From assembly GCA_949299825.1 (NCBI GenBank), contig CASGBP010000030.1, positions 1 through 30,953 on the forward strand: DNA of 30,953 nucleotides. The letters run 5' to 3'. The position numbers and the translations under genes are program-made. The stretch is from an uncultured Mycoplasmataceae bacterium. GTDB lineage: Bacteria > Bacillota_I > Bacilli_A > Mycoplasmatales > Mycoplasmoidaceae. The notes beneath the pieces were generated by a model that saw nothing but the letters and a program-made list of their open reading frames with translations, did not search any database and was not told the DNA's origin. Within the stretch, counting starts at the first letter, position 1. Every line of letters starts with the position of its first letter. Of this stretch, positions 1 to 10,632 are shown piece after piece.

Positions 1-1029
1 AATTAAAAAAATAGAAAAAACAAAAGTTAATGAATCTATTCTATCTAGCATACCACCGTGTCCAGGTATTAAATTACTAAAATCTTTTATCCCATATTTT
101 CTTTTAATATAGCTGAATGAAAGATCACCAATGACTGAAGCAAATGACAATCCTAGTAAAATAAAAAACACGCATAATCACCATAAAGGAAATGAAGCAT
201 ATTCATTATTGGCATTTATAAAATCATTTGAATATTTAAATTTCACCCCAAAAAAATTACCTAAAATATTATATTGACTAGGAATATACGAGAAAACAAA
301 TAACAAGATAATACAAGTTAGAGTTGATAAACATATTCCTCCAATAAATCCAGCAATAGTTTTGTTAGGTGATATATGAGGAGACAACTTTTTTCTTCCA
401 AACAACATTCCTACTAAATAAGCAAAGGTGTCAGTTAAAGCAGTAATTAAATACAAAATTAAAATAGTTGTTCATCCTTTTATTAAGCCAAAAAAGAGAA
501 AAGATAAAAAGAAGAAACCAACCAATAGAATCATTATTCCATGAACAAATAACTGTTTCATACTAAACAACCCTTGACTTCAAAGATAAATAACATTTAT
601 AATAGCAATAAATATTACACAAATTAAAGTCGATATTAAGAACCAAAAAGTTTGATTATTAGTAGACATACTGGCTGCAGTATATAAAGGTATAAAATAA
701 ATAAAAGTAGGAATATAGATTAAAAGTGAAATCGAGACTAAAGTGATAATAAAGGCTGGAATATTTTTTTTAAAATGAATATCTCTAATTTCTTTTGCTG
801 CTAATACAATAATAGGCATTATTCAAATTAAGATAAATCAACCAAAAAAGTTATTGCATATATCATTATTAACTCAATTATTTCTTTTATCAGCTAATAA
901 GAAAAAGACTAATGATAAAACTAAATAGGCAACAATAGCAATAGAAAAAACAAAACGTCTTTTAAAATTCGTCTTTGATTTTTCACTCAATTTATTAGTA
1001 GAAAATTTTAAGGTATTGTTTTGTAACAT
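1..1029 (-). CDS. cdsA: Phosphatidate cytidylyltransferase (3' end runs off the window)
   Basis: Code-4 ORF from ATG at 1029 ([10 protein letters not shown]...), joining track ORFs 580..819 and 178..456 via TGA. Motifs [27 protein letters not shown] and [33 protein letters not shown]. Confidence 0.96.
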
Positions 1030-1034
1030 ATAAA

Positions 1035-1718
1035 TTAAATAGCTCCAAATCTTCTATTTCTTTTATTGTACTCATTTATATTTTTATCTAATACTTTTGT
1101 TTTATAATCAGGTCACATTGTCTTTTCAAAAATTATTTCAGCATAGGCTATTTGTCATAATAAAAAATTACTAATGCGTTCTTCACCACTTGTTCTTATT
1201 AATAAATCAACGTCTGGTAAATTATTAGTTAACAAAAATTTTTCAAAGTTTTTCTTATTAATTGTTAATCCAGATTTTAATAATTCCTTACATGCATTTA
1301 ATATTTCTTGCTGAGAACCATAATTGAAAAAAAAGTTAACTATAAATTTATTATTAGATTTAGTTTTATTACAAAATTCATGAACTTTTTTGAAAGCATT
1401 TTTTGGCATATTCTCCTTAAAACCAATAAAATTAACTTTAATATTCCTTTCATTAAATCAATTTAAGTTTTTTTCAGATAATGATGAAGTAAATTTTTTA
1501 ATCAAAAAATTAATTTCATTCTTTGGTCTTTGTCAATTTTCTGTACTAAAACAAAAAAAGGAAATATATTTTATTTTATGCTCAATACATCTATCAATAA
1601 CCTCAGGAATTCTTTTAGTTCCTTCTAAATGTCCATCAGTTCTTTTTAATTTTCTTGCTTTAGCCCAACGGCCGTTACCATCCATTATAAATGCAATATG
1701 ATCTAAACTTTTGCTCAT
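1035..1718 (-). CDS. uppS: Cis-prenyltransferase / undecaprenyl (polyprenyl) diphosphate synthase, 227 aa
   Basis: HIAFIMDGNGRWA, GHLEG, FSTENW(TGA)QRP, DLLIRTSGEERISNFLLWQ, C-terminal RNRRFGAI; TAA at 1035-1037. Confidence 0.96.
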
Positions 1719-1720
1719 AA

Positions 1721-2272
1721 TTAAATAGTTAAAATCTCTTTATTTTTACTTTCTAATATTTTTTCAATATTTTCGTTATGCAATTTAGTAGTTTTATCTA
1801 AATTAGTTACATAATTTTTTTTATCATCATCAGTTAATTCTTCATCCTTTTTAAAAGCATCATGGATATCTTGTCTAATTCTACGAATTCTAATTTTTGC
1901 ATCTTCAGAAATAGCTTTTGCTTTTTTTATCATTTCTTTACGAATTTCTTCAGTTAAAGGTGGAAAAATTAATCTTATTTTATCAGCGTCAATTTGAGGA
2001 TTTAAATTCATGTTTGCATTAGTAATAGCATTAGCAATATTTTTATATAAACTTGGATCATATGCCTTTATGATTAAAACTCTTGGTTCAGGTGATGAAA
2101 TATTTGCTATTTGATTAATAGGTTGTAGTTCATCATAAGCTTCTACTTTAATATGATCTAATACTGTAGCAGTAACTTTTCCTGTTCTTAATTTAAACAA
2201 TTCTTGTTCATATCAATTAAATACCGATTTTGCCTTTTCATTAAATTGGTTTTCATAATCTTTTCACAACAT
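1721..2272 (-). CDS. frr: Ribosome recycling factor, 183 aa
   Basis: ATG at 2272 (MLWKDYENQF...) reads through two TGA into LRTGK...; IFPPLTEEIRKEMIK, KIRIRRIRQD; located after pyrH. Confidence 0.96.
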
Positions 2273-2280
2273 ATGCACTC

Positions 2281-2982
2281 CTAACTTATTTTTGTAAAAT
2301 TAATTTTTTCTCCATTAACAACTTTACTAAGAGAATCTTTTTCATCAATGTCAAAAACAAATAATTCTATTTTATTTTCTTCACAGATTGTTAATGCAGT
2401 TAGATCCATAACTTTTAGTTTATTATTAACTACTTCCATATAACTTAATTGCTTATAATGTTTGGCATTTTTAACTGTTTTTGGATCATCACTATAAACA
2501 CCATCAACTCCATTCTTGCCCATATATATTTTTTTAATATTTAATTGACATGCTCTTAATGCTGCAGCAGTGTCAGTACTAAAAAAAGAATTTCCTGTTC
2601 CTCCAGCTAAAATGGCAACAGCCTTTTTGTTTTGTAAAAATTCATTAACCTTATCAACGTTATATTTTTCACATAATTCATTATCAAATGCTGAAAAGGT
2701 TTTTGCGTTTATCTTCATTGTTTTTAGTACATTTTCAAGGGCTAGTGAATTTATTAAAGTAGCTAACATACCCATGTTATCAGCTAAATTTTGGTTTAGT
2801 TGTAAATCTTTATTGTAATTCCCTCTTCAGATGTTACCACCACCAATAACTATTGAAATTACATATTTATCACTTAAATAACTAATTTGCTCAGCTATTT
2901 GTTGAATCTTTTCCTTTTTAATAATTGAGCTATTATCTGTTTTTAAACATGCTCCTGATATTTTCAATAGTATTCTTTCCAT
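2281..2982 (-). CDS. pyrH: UMP kinase, 233 aa
   Basis: MERILLKISGA, IVIGGGNIWRG, ADNMGMLAT, GTGNSFFSTDTAAALRA, GVDGVYSDDP, LKVMDLTA; SD AAGGA upstream. Confidence 0.97.
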
Positions 2983-2997
2983 TTATTTCCTTTCTTT

Positions 2998-3029
2998 AAA
3001 AAAAGAATACGAAATTAATCGTATTCTTT
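2998..3029 (-). terminator. Intrinsic terminator between tsf and pyrH
   Basis: Perfect 11-bp inverted repeat AAAGAATACGA (3002-3012) / TCGTATTCTTT (3019-3029) with a 6-nt loop. The minus-strand U7 tract (A run 2998-3004) overlaps the stem base; it lies 5 nt after the tsf stop. Confidence 0.8.
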
Positions 3030-3034
3030 ATCAA

Positions 3035-3940
3035 CTATTTCATTTGAGCAGCAACCTCATCTGCAAAATTTGTTACCTTTTTTTCTATTCCTTCACCTAA
3101 CTCATATCTTATCATATGAACAATTTCTGCACCATTTTCTTGAGCATACTTTGCAACTGTTTTTGATGGATCTTTAACAAAAGGTTGATCAACTAAACAA
3201 ACTTCCTTCATTAACTTTTTTACTTTACCATCTATAATTGCATCTTGTCTTTTTAATTTTTCACTCTTAGTTTTTTCATCAGTTATTTGAGAAATTTCTT
3301 CATGATATTGTTTTGTTAAAATTTCTCTTTCTTGTTTCAATCATTCTGCATCAATTGATTTTTCATTTAGATACTTTGGAAACATTGCAGCAGCATGCAT
3401 TGCAATATCTTTTCCTACATCATCACTTACCTTGTTATTAAAAACTATTATAGTAGCTATCTTATTATTTGAATGTGTATAACTGAAAACAGACTCATTT
3501 GCATTTGCTATATACATTTCACCTCTTCTAAATGCAATTTTTTCACCTGTTGTTGCGGTTAGTTCTACACCAGCATCTGTAAGTGGCTTTCCATTATAAC
3601 TTACTTTATTAGGATCAATATTACCACTTGAATTAACTGTACTCATCAAAGAACCAAATATATCGTTTACAAGTTTAATAAAGTTCTCATTTTTTGCTGT
3701 AAAATCAGTTTGTGAATTTACCTCAATAACTAATGCCTTATTTTTATCAACTAATGCTTTCACAACTCCTTCATATGCCACAGCTCCCGCCTTTTTATTA
3801 GCCTTTGCTATTCCTTTTTCTTTCAATCATTTTTGAGCTGCATCTAAATCATCATTGCATTCAGCTAGTGCTTTCATACAATCACTCATACCTGCTTGAG
3901 TTGCCTCTCTTAATGCTTTTACTAATTCTGATTTTGTCAT
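3035..3940 (-). CDS. tsf: Elongation factor Ts, 301 aa
   Basis: MTKSELVKALREATQAGMSDCMKAL, W(TGA)LKEKGIAKA, EVNSQTDFTAKN, DIAMHAAAM, RYELGEGIEKKVTNFADEVAAQM. Confidence 0.97.
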
Positions 3941-3951
3941 AAATTCTCTCC

Positions 3952-4638
3952 TTAATTTGTAATTTGAACCTTAAAACCTGGTCCCATTGATGCTGAAACT
4001 GAAATATTTTGAACATAAGTACCTTTAACTGTACTTGGACGTTTTGATTTAATTAGACTAATAAGTGCTTCAATATTTTCAACAATTTCATTTGTTTTAG
4101 ATGAAACCTTACCAACTGTCATATGAATATTTCCAAATGTATCAGTACGGTATTCATATTTACCTTTTTTAAATTCTTTAATAGTTTTAATCAAATCCTG
4201 ACTCACTGTACCAGTTTTTGGGTTTGGCATTAAACCTTTAGGACCTAGTATCTTACCAAGTTTAGATAATGCAGGCATCATTTTTGGGGTTGTTAGAATA
4301 ACATCATAATCAGTTCAACCTTTTTCAATGTCTTGAAATAATTCACTTCCACCAAAAAAATCAGCACCAGCAGCTTTTGCATCAGATTCTTTTATGTCAT
4401 CAGCAATAACTAAAATTTTTAATGTTTTTCCATTACTATGTGGAAAAGATAATGTTCCTCTTAATTGTTGTTCAGCCTTTGTAGTATCAAGATTTAACTT
4501 AATTGCTACATCTATTGAACCATCAAACTTAGATATACTTGTCTTTTGTGCTAATTTAACTGCTTCATTTAATGGATATATCTTTTTTAAATCAATACCT
4601 TCACAAGCTTTTTGCATTTTTTTAGAAAGTTTAGCCAT
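3952..4638 (-). CDS. rplA: 50S ribosomal protein L1, 228 aa
   Basis: KFDGSIDVAIKLNLD, QQLRGTLSFPH, GW(TGA)TDYDV, LGKILGPKGLMPNPKTGTV, SASMGPG; TAATG overlap with rplK. Confidence 0.98.
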
Positions 4639-5096
4639 TAGTTATTCTCCTTTCTTGATTTAGTTAAAGGATCAACTCCTTCTATTTCTATACCCATTTG
4701 TAACGCTGTTCCTGCAATCATTCTTAAAGCCGCTTCCTCGTCATTAGCATTCATATCAACTAGTTTATATCTAGCAATTTCTAGGGCTTTTTCCTTTGAA
4801 ATCTTTGCAACCTTAGTAGTTTTTGCATTACCTGATCCTTTTTGGATTTTAGCCGCTTCTTTCAACAAAATAGTTGTAGGAGTAGTTTTAGTTTCAAAAA
4901 CAAAAGACTTATCCTTATATGCTGTAATAACAACTGGTACAACTTTACCCATTCTATCTTTAGTAGCATCATTGAAAGCTTTTGTAAATTCAGCCATATT
5001 AATACCAACAGAAGCTAGAGCTGGTCCAGGTTTTGCTTGACCACCTATCAATTCTAACTTTGCAATTCTACTTATTTCTTTAACTTTTGGAGCCAC
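4638..5096 (-). CDS. rplK: 50S ribosomal protein L11, 152 aa (GTG start)
   Basis: GTG at 5096 preceded by SD AAGAGGT; [33 protein letters not shown] (pneumoniae-group type). The track start at 5171 reads through the leader RNA and is unlikely. Confidence 0.96.
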   Translation of the reverse strand: MAPKVKEISRIAKLELIGGQAKPGPALASVGINMAEFTKAFNDATKDRMGKVVPVVITAYKDKSFVFETKTTPTTILLKEAAKIQKGSGNAKTTKVAKISKEKALEIARYKLVDMNANDEEAALRMIAGTALQMGIEIEGVDPLTKSRKENN

Positions 5097-5123
5097 ATGC
5101 AACCTCTTTTCAAAATTCACTAT

Positions 5124-5170
5124 GGGGTGATAACGACTTATTAGATCTTCCCCGCTGCCAAAAATTGGCA
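5124..5170 (-). promoter_or_regulatory. Probable L1-binding autoregulatory leader of rplK-rplA, preceded by a small hairpin
   Basis: Minus strand GCGGGGAAGAUCUAAUAAGUCGUUAUCACCCC, with GGGG/CCCC closing helix, resembles the E. coli rplK leader as I recall it (CGGGGAGCCUCUCAGAGGCGUUAUUACCC). Upstream hairpin UGCCAA-UUU-UUGGCA at 5156-5170. Confidence 0.75.
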
Positions 5171-5175
5171 TATTA

Positions 5176-5181
5176 ATTATA
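5176..5181 (-). promoter_or_regulatory. Putative -10 box (TATAAT) of the rplK operon
   Basis: TATAAT on the minus strand, 5 nt before the leader hairpin. Confidence 0.55.
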
Positions 5182-5240
5182 TATAAAATAAATAATTTTA
5201 TAACAAATAAAAAATTTATTAAATATTATATGTAGTTTTA

Positions 5241-5246
5241 TATAAT
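5241..5246 (+). promoter_or_regulatory. -10 box of the DUF368 gene (probable leaderless transcript)
   Basis: TATAAT-GTTTGT-ATG with no SD. Confidence 0.6.
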
Positions 5247-5252
5247 GTTTGT

Positions 5253-6509
5253 ATGTCTAAAAAGAACAATAAAAACAATAATAAAAATAGCCAAGAAGAT
5301 AGTGGTCTTTATAGTAGTTATAAAAATGATTTAAAAAATAAATACCAAATTGATGAAAATTTAGAAAAAGAAGAGATTAAGAAGGTTGAAGAATTAGAAA
5401 CTAAGCGAGAAGATGAATCATGTATTGCTGATTCAATTGGATGAAATAATTGAAAGATTTTATTAAGAAACTTTTTCTATGGAATCTTTATGGGTATAAG
5501 TGATGGCATCCCAGGTTATAGTGGAGGAACTACATTATCAATTATAGGTTTTTATGATGATTTAATTAGAAATATTAAATTAATTTTTAAACCTGATGTT
5601 AAAAAATATTTTTGAAAATATTTATTATGATTTTTACCCTTTTTAGTTGCTTGAATTGCAATGATGTTGGGTTTTTCAAAATTGGTTAGTGCAGCATCTG
5701 ATAATCAACATGCTATTATCTTGGTTTTCTTATTTGGTTTTTTTGCATTATTTTCAATTCCCATTTTTTATATCAAAAACAAACAAGATTTACCAAATTA
5801 CAAAACTTTTTTTGCCGAGGTCAAAAAGAAGGAATATAAGGCAAGAATTAAATTAATATTTATCCTAGCTGGCTTTATCATTTTAATCGCTTTTGCTTTA
5901 ATAGCTAGATTTGTACCAACTAGTACCAATCAATTTACAAATGAGACAATTGTAGGAGTAACTTTTTTAGGTGACAAGGTAATCAATACAAATACCTTTG
6001 ATTCCTCAAAAGTTTTTCTATGAATTGCTGGTGGATTTTTAGCAGGTTTTTGTGTATTAATTCCTGGTGTTAGTGGTGGATTAGTTTTATACATGATGAA
6101 TATTTATCCAGAATTCACTTATGCATTATCTACTTTCTTATCTACATGAGATGCTAATTTAATTCCATGAATTGCCGTAATAGGAATAGGATCTTTATTG
6201 GGAATAATAAGTTCATCAATGGTAATAGATTGATTAATAAAAAAATGAAAACATTACTTCTTGTGTTTTTCACTTGGTTTAGTAATGGCTTCATTCTTAT
6301 CAATTTTCATTTCACTTTCTGCATCAGATTATGCAACTCTAGCTGATCCTTTTAATGTAGGTATGGTTGTTCTAATGTTATTTATTGCTATTTTAATTAA
6401 TGCTATTATCTTTGTTGTACTAAATGAAACTCATAAAATTGATTATCCAAAATTAAGGTTCTTACAAAAATACTTTAAAAAATATCAATCAAATAAACAA
6501 GTAAACTAA
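5253..6509 (+). CDS. DUF368 family membrane protein (putative polyprenyl/undecaprenyl-phosphate translocase, PopT-like), 418 aa
   Basis: Single code-4 ORF joining three track ORFs. Two internal-repeat signatures, GIFMGISDGIPGYSGGT and GFLAGFCVLIPGVSGG, plus multiple hydrophobic segments and a ~60-aa charged N-terminal extension. Confidence 0.88.
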
Positions 6510-6510
6510 C

Positions 6511-8285
6511 TTATTTCTTGATTAAGCTACTAATTGATAATTTTCTTAAAACTAATCATACAACAAGGACAGTTAATGAAATAGCAATAGTACAAATTAA
6601 GAAGATAGCCAAACCTTTTTTATTAGCTGATTTTTTATATTTTTGAACCATTTCATCAGTGATAATATCTTGTTGATAATAAAGTTCAATTTCACTTTTA
6701 CGTTTATGATTAATAATATAAGAAATTATTTGTCATAACAAAAAGAATAACATGGTAGCTACAACCACTCACATTACAATTACTAATACATCATTATTAT
6801 TTTGGATAACTAAATAACCAAAATTATTTATACCCTGATTGATTAAGTTATGGAAATATGCAATTATATAAACCAATAAAAGGATCAATCCTCCCACAAA
6901 ATAGACAGTTAAGCATATCCAATTTAAAATAATATATGAAGTACATAACGACTTATACTTCCGTTTTATGTATGGAGTAACTTTTTCATTAGCAATGACA
7001 TAATTATTAATTTTTAATTCTTTTCTAATGTTATTAAAATTAAAGATACCAAAAATTAAGAAACCAAGTGCAACAGCATTAAATAACCCTTGAGGTAAGA
7101 ATAATCACATTGATTCATTAACAAGGAAAACTTGATGACATACATAAATTAATGTAGCTAAAGAAATTACAAAAAATAAAGTAGTAAAAATAAGTGTTGC
7201 AAAAGCAATAAAATGTTCAAAACGATAAAAAGAAGGTAAATGTTTTCAAATTCCTTTAAACTCTCTTTTTTTAGCTGCTTTTTCTAATCTTTTTTGTTCT
7301 TTTAAATTTTGTGCTTGATTTACATCTTCAAAGCAATTTATAACATTTGATTTAGATTTTTTTTTTGAAAAAATCCCAAAAATTTTTTTTTTGTTTTTTG
7401 CTTATCATTTTCAAATGAGATAAATTGGTTATTATTAACATTAGTAGTTAAGTCTTCATTATCATTAAAGAAAATGTTTGTATAACCTTTAACATCTGTT
7501 TTAGTAACTTTTTCTTCTTCATTAACATTATTGTTAGTAAAATGAATAACCTGACTAGTTGGATTATTTGATTTAAAAGAGTTTTCAATTAATTCATCAA
7601 AATTGCTTTTAGTTTCATTTTGAATATGACTAGTTCTAATTAAATTAGTGTTTTTTGTTTTTAAACTTGATGCTTCTAAATTGTCTAGTTTTTGTTCAAT
7701 ATCATTTATCTTGTCGTTAAGTTTTATGGTCTTAGTTTTATATTCATCAAATTTAATAACTGGTTGTTCAAGCTCATTAGAAGAATCAAAAGATAATGTT
7801 TTAGTTCTTTTTTGATCTCTTGTTATATTATTTTCAATCTTATCAAGGTTTTTTGAAATTATTGAATCTTGAATTTTTGTCTCTATGTTATTTAACTTTT
7901 CACTTAAATCTTTTGTTTTATTACTTAAATCCTTAAAATCTAAATCCAAATTGGTTTGTTGATCTATTTGGACATTTTTACTAATATCAAAGTCATTAAA
8001 TAAATCTAATTTAGAAGTTAAGGATATATTACTTGATGAAGAGTTTGGTTTCTTTATTTCATCAAATAGTTTGTTTGAAGTAACATTGAATACTGATTGA
8101 TTTATATTACTTGTTCTATTATCTTTATTAGGACTAAATTTAACAATATCATCCATTGGTTCACTTCAAATCTGTTGACCTGGTTTTGTATGATTTTGGT
8201 CATTTTTAAGACTTGAATTGTATTTTTCAACAATTTCATCTACATTGATAAGTGAATCAGTTTTAAATTCAGTTGTACCCTTCAT
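6511..8285 (-). pseudogene. Membrane protein (hydrophilic N-half plus ~4-TM C-half, possibly MSC_0882-like) interrupted by a 1-nt frameshift at A10 homopolymers
   Basis: Frame 1 opens at ATG 8285 (SD GAGG) and ends at TAA 7338. A second frame is stop-free from 7401 to TAA 6511 but has no ATG until 7110. Adding one A at either T10 run (7357-7366 or 7383-7392) fuses them into ~591 aa. Confidence 0.8.
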
Positions 8286-8304
8286 ATTGCCTCAATGTAT
8301 TCTA

Positions 8305-8333
8305 ATTTTAACAAACTAAAAAAGGTCTTTCAA
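8305..8333 (-). promoter_or_regulatory. Sigma70 promoter of the frameshifted membrane-protein gene
   Basis: TTGAAA (8333-8328), 17-nt spacer, TAAAAT (8310-8305), with an extended TGn element. Confidence 0.7.
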
Positions 8334-8479
8334 TCAAGGCAAATGGTATTAATATAATTAATATTTTTTTTGCATTTCTTTATGAATTATTGAGTCTTTA
8401 AAGTAAATTAACTAGAAATAACACATTTTGGACTAGTAATTAATATATAATAATATAATCTATATATAAGGAGTAGAAA

Positions 8480-9022
8480 ATGGAACTAAAAGATTCTCAA
8501 ACGTGAAAAAATTTAAAAATAGCTTTTTCTAATGAAGCTGAAGCACATACAAAATATCAATATTATGCATCAAAGGCAAAAAAGGAAGGATTTAACATAA
8601 TATCTAGCATTTTTGAAGAAACTTCAAAAAACGAAAAAGAACATGCTAAATTGTGATTTAAATTTCTTCATGATGATGATGTTCCTGTTACTAGACAAAA
8701 TTTACTTGATGCCATGAAAGGTGAAGAATACGAAAATAAGCATATGTATATTGAATTTGCAGATACAGCTGAAAAAGAAGGATTTAATGAAATAGCTAAT
8801 TTATTTAGAATGGTAGGAAAAATAGAAGGAGATCATTTAGAACGATATAAGAACTTATTAGATTCCTTAGATGAATCAAAACTATTTAAAAGTGATGAAC
8901 CTATTTTATGAATTTGTACAAATTGTGGTCACATTCATAAAGGCAAGGAACCACCTTTAAAATGTCCTGTTTGTAAACATCCACAAGGTTATTTTGTTAG
9001 AGAAAATAGGGTATTTAAATAA
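8480..9022 (+). CDS. rbr: Rubrerythrin with C-terminal rubredoxin-like domain, 180 aa
   Basis: AFSNEAEAHTKYQYYASKAKKEG, ETSKNEKEHAKLW, GEEYE..MY, KIEGDHLERY, W(TGA)ICTNCGHIH...CPVCKHPQGYF; SD AAGGAG. Confidence 0.95.
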
Positions 9023-9592
9023 ATGAAGAAGGGAAAAATTATTGTAATATCTGGTCCATCAGGTGTGGGTAAAAGTACAATTGTTAACAGCTTATTAAAA
9101 GATGATAGTTTAAATGTTACTTATTCAATTTCAATGACAACTAGAAATAAAAGAGAAGGTGAAGTTGATGGAAAAAACTACTTTTTTGTTTCAAATGATG
9201 AATTTATAAAAGCTATTAATAATAATGAGTTAATAGAATGGACTGAATATGCTAATAATAAGTATGGTACGCCAAAAAACTATTTAGATAATACTATTAA
9301 TCAAGGTAAAAATATCATTTTAGAAATTGATGTAGTGGGTGCAATGAATATTCTAAATATTTTTGGCATGGACAAAGTAATTTCAATTTTCATTCTTCCA
9401 AAGGATTTTAATGTTGTTGAACAAAGATTATTAAACCGGGGAACTGAACAAATGGAAACAATTGATAAAAGGTTACAAATAGCTAAAAAGGAATTTGAAT
9501 ATAAAGATAAGTATAAATACCAAATAATAAATGATGATTTAAATACTGCAATTAATGATATTAAGAATATTATCATAGAAGAATTAAAGTAA
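9023..9592 (+). CDS. gmk: Guanylate kinase, 189 aa
   Basis: ISGPSGVGKST, SISMTTRNKREGEVDGKNYFF, YGTP, ILEIDVVGA. Confidence 0.97.
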   Translation: MKKGKIIVISGPSGVGKSTIVNSLLKDDSLNVTYSISMTTRNKREGEVDGKNYFFVSNDEFIKAINNNELIEWTEYANNKYGTPKNYLDNTINQGKNIILEIDVVGAMNILNIFGMDKVISIFILPKDFNVVEQRLLNRGTEQMETIDKRLQIAKKEFEYKDKYKYQIINDDLNTAINDIKNIIIEELK

Positions 9593-10632
9593 TGAACAAC
9601 AAACAGAGTATTTTTAGCCTAACTTATGAAGAGTTATTAGATTTTATTACAAAGGCAAATTTAAAACCTTATTTAGCTAGACAAATTTTTAGTTGAATCT
9701 ATAAGAAACATGTTTATGATTTTGATTTGATGACTAATGTTTCCAAAAAAAATATTGAATTTTTAAAGCAACATTTCTATTTCAATCACTTAACAATTGA
9801 TAAATGTTTAATATCTGATGATGAAACTACTAAGTTTTTATTTAAACTTGAAGACGGTAATAAAATTGAATCAGTAATCATGAAATTTGATTATGGTTAC
9901 TCATTATGTGTTACAACTCAAGTAGGATGTAACATGGGGTGTAAATTTTGTGCATCAGGTCAATTAAAAAAAATTAGAAATCTAACAGCTGATGAAATAG
10001 TTTTACAAGTAGTAACTGCAAATGATTATTTATTGAAACAAAAAAATAAGAAAATTAGAAACATTGTAGTAATGGGGATAGGTGAACCATTAGATAATTA
10101 TGAAAATTTAAAATCATTTTTAAACATTGTTAGAAATGATTATGGAATTGGCATAGGATCAAGAAAAATTACTGTTTCAACTTGTGGTCTAATCAATAAA
10201 TTTCCTGATTTTGTAAAAGATTTTAGTCAAGTGGGATTAGCAATTTCACTACATGCCCCTAATGATGAAATAAGAAATTCAATTATGCCAATCAATAATG
10301 CATATAACATTAGTAAATTAATAGATGCAGCTAAGGATGTAATTAAAAAAACTAATAGAAGAATAACATTTGAATATATTATGATTAAAGGCATAAATGA
10401 TGGCATAGAACATGCAAATCAACTAGGAAGATTGTTAAAAAATTTATTATGCTATGTTAACCTAATTCCTTACAATGAAGTAGATAACACAATATTTAAA
10501 CGTAGCAACAATATAAAACCATTCATCAATGAACTTAAAAAATATAACTTGATAGTTACTGTTAGACAAGAAAAAGGAAATAAAATCAATGGAGCATGCG
10601 GACAACTAAGAGCACAAGAAATAAAGGATTAG
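9592..10632 (+). CDS. rlmN: 23S rRNA A2503 C2-methyltransferase (radical SAM), 346 aa
   Basis: ATG overlaps the gmk TAA (TAATG). CVTTQVGCNMGCKFCASG, VMGIGEP, ISLHAP, VNLIPYN, GACGQL. Confidence 0.95.

Noticed and set aside
1390-4663. Plus-strand ORFs 1390..1701, 2570..2818 and 4394..4663
   Set aside because: Antisense shadows of uppS, pyrH and rplA with no motifs or RBS.
5097-5171. N-terminal extension of L11 ([10 protein letters not shown]...)
   Set aside because: It covers the leader RNA. The SD AAGAGGT before GTG 5096 and L11 homology start there.
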